DNA of 64,000 nucleotides from Zootoca vivipara (Eukaryota): NCBI RefSeq assembly GCF_963506605.1, contig NC_083288.1, positions 42,532,001 to 42,596,000 of the forward strand, read 5' to 3'. Shown piece by piece: positions 63,222 to 64,000 of this stretch (position 1 is its first letter; each line of letters starts with the position of its first letter). The notes under the pieces were generated by a model. It saw only the letters and a program-made list of their open reading frames with translations, ran no database searches and was not told where the DNA came from. The position numbers and the translations under genes were made by a program.

Positions 63222-64000
63222 ATGGGGGATGAGAACTTTACTTCGATCAAATATTTTGTATTGGTGGGACTGTCAAATGACCGAAGGACACAGATTCTAC
63301 TCTTTGTGGTGGTCTTCATCATCTACTCCCTCACCGTTATGGGGAACCTGGTGATCATCATCCTTGTCCGACTTGACTCTTCCCTCCACACACCCATGTA
63401 TTTCTTCCTGACACACCTGTCAAGCCTGGAGATCTGCTTTGTCACCAGCACTTTGCCCCAGATGCTGGCTCACCTCCTGTCTGGAAACGGAGTCATTTCT
63501 TTCACCCACTGCACTCTCCAGATGTATATTTCATTGTCTCTAGGTGGTACCGAATGCCTTCTTCTCAGTGCCATGGCCTATGACCGCTACTTGGCTATCT
63601 GCCACCCTCTATTATATGGTAGCATCATGGGCTGGGGGCGCCAAGTACTGCTTACTTCACTCTGTTGGGCAGGTGGCTTCCTTCTAGGTTCTATAAACGC
63701 AGGTAGCACCATTCGCCTCCCCTTCTGCGGCCCCAACCACATCAACCACTTCTTTTGTGAGCTCCCGATAGTGCTGAAGCTTTCATGTGCTGACACGCAC
63801 ATCACGGAGGCTTTCATATTCGTGGCATCAGTACTATTGCTTATAATTCCTCTGACAATTATCCTTATATCCTACGGGCTTGTTCTCTCCTCAGTATTGC
63901 AAATGAGATCAACCACTGGACTGCGCAAGGCCTTCTCCACATGTGGCTCCCACCTGATTGTGGTCACCTTGTTCTATAGCACCGTCATCTCTATGTACAT
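63222..64000 (+). CDS. Olfactory receptor (class II), 3'-incomplete at window end
   Basis: Translated by hand: MGDENFTSIKYFVLVGL, LHTPMYFFLTHLS, MAYDRYLAICHPL, KAFSTCGSHL; no stop before 64000 (so absent from the ORF track); close paralog of 57419-58363. Confidence 0.93.
   Translation, partial: MGDENFTSIKYFVLVGLSNDRRTQILLFVVVFIIYSLTVMGNLVIIILVRLDSSLHTPMYFFLTHLSSLEICFVTSTLPQMLAHLLSGNGVISFTHCTLQMYISLSLGGTECLLLSAMAYDRYLAICHPLLYGSIMGWGRQVLLTSLCWAGGFLLGSINAGSTIRLPFCGPNHINHFFCELPIVLKLSCADTHITEAFIFVASVLLLIIPLTIILISYGLVLSSVLQMRSTTGLRKAFSTCGSHLIVVTLFYSTVISMY

Overview
Vertebrate genomic DNA, almost certainly a squamate reptile and probably a lacertid lizard (many Sauria/Squam1-type SINEs, BovB, CR1, L2, Penelope-like elements, hAT and Tc1/mariner MITEs; three N gaps). 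Genes, left to right: (1) a complete 7-coding-exon KHNYN gene (+, CDS 12981-25348, 936 aa as spliced by hand; KH-like N-terminus, UBA-like segment, NYN/PIN RNase with intact catalytic Asp residues, C-terminal CUBAN/NES) with a CpG-island promoter near 9.2-10 kb; (2) two tandem, paralogous, unnamed single-coding-exon genes on the - strand (29078-30097 and 34616-35596), each with about four ~44-aa propeller-like repeats fused to a C-terminal module that has the sequence pattern of aerolysin/lysenin-type beta-pore-forming proteins; (3) an arylamine N-acetyltransferase (-, 39966-40778) lacking the loop insertion of mammalian NAT1/NAT2; (4) the start of an olfactory receptor cluster (two complete ORs, one running off the window end). 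The best candidate for an undescribed system is the pair of putative cytosolic pore-forming/lectin-like genes. They lie tail-to-tail with the antiviral nuclease KHNYN, and one appears to be driven from a CpG island carrying a consensus GAS (TTCCCGGAA) and ISRE (GAAAAGGAAAGT), suggesting an interferon-inducible effector pair. The fold and regulation calls are inferences from sequence patterns, not search results. Also seen: three minimal hammerhead-ribozyme motifs in Penelope fragments, a nest of four transposable elements with resolvable TSDs, and a 134-bp target-site duplication.
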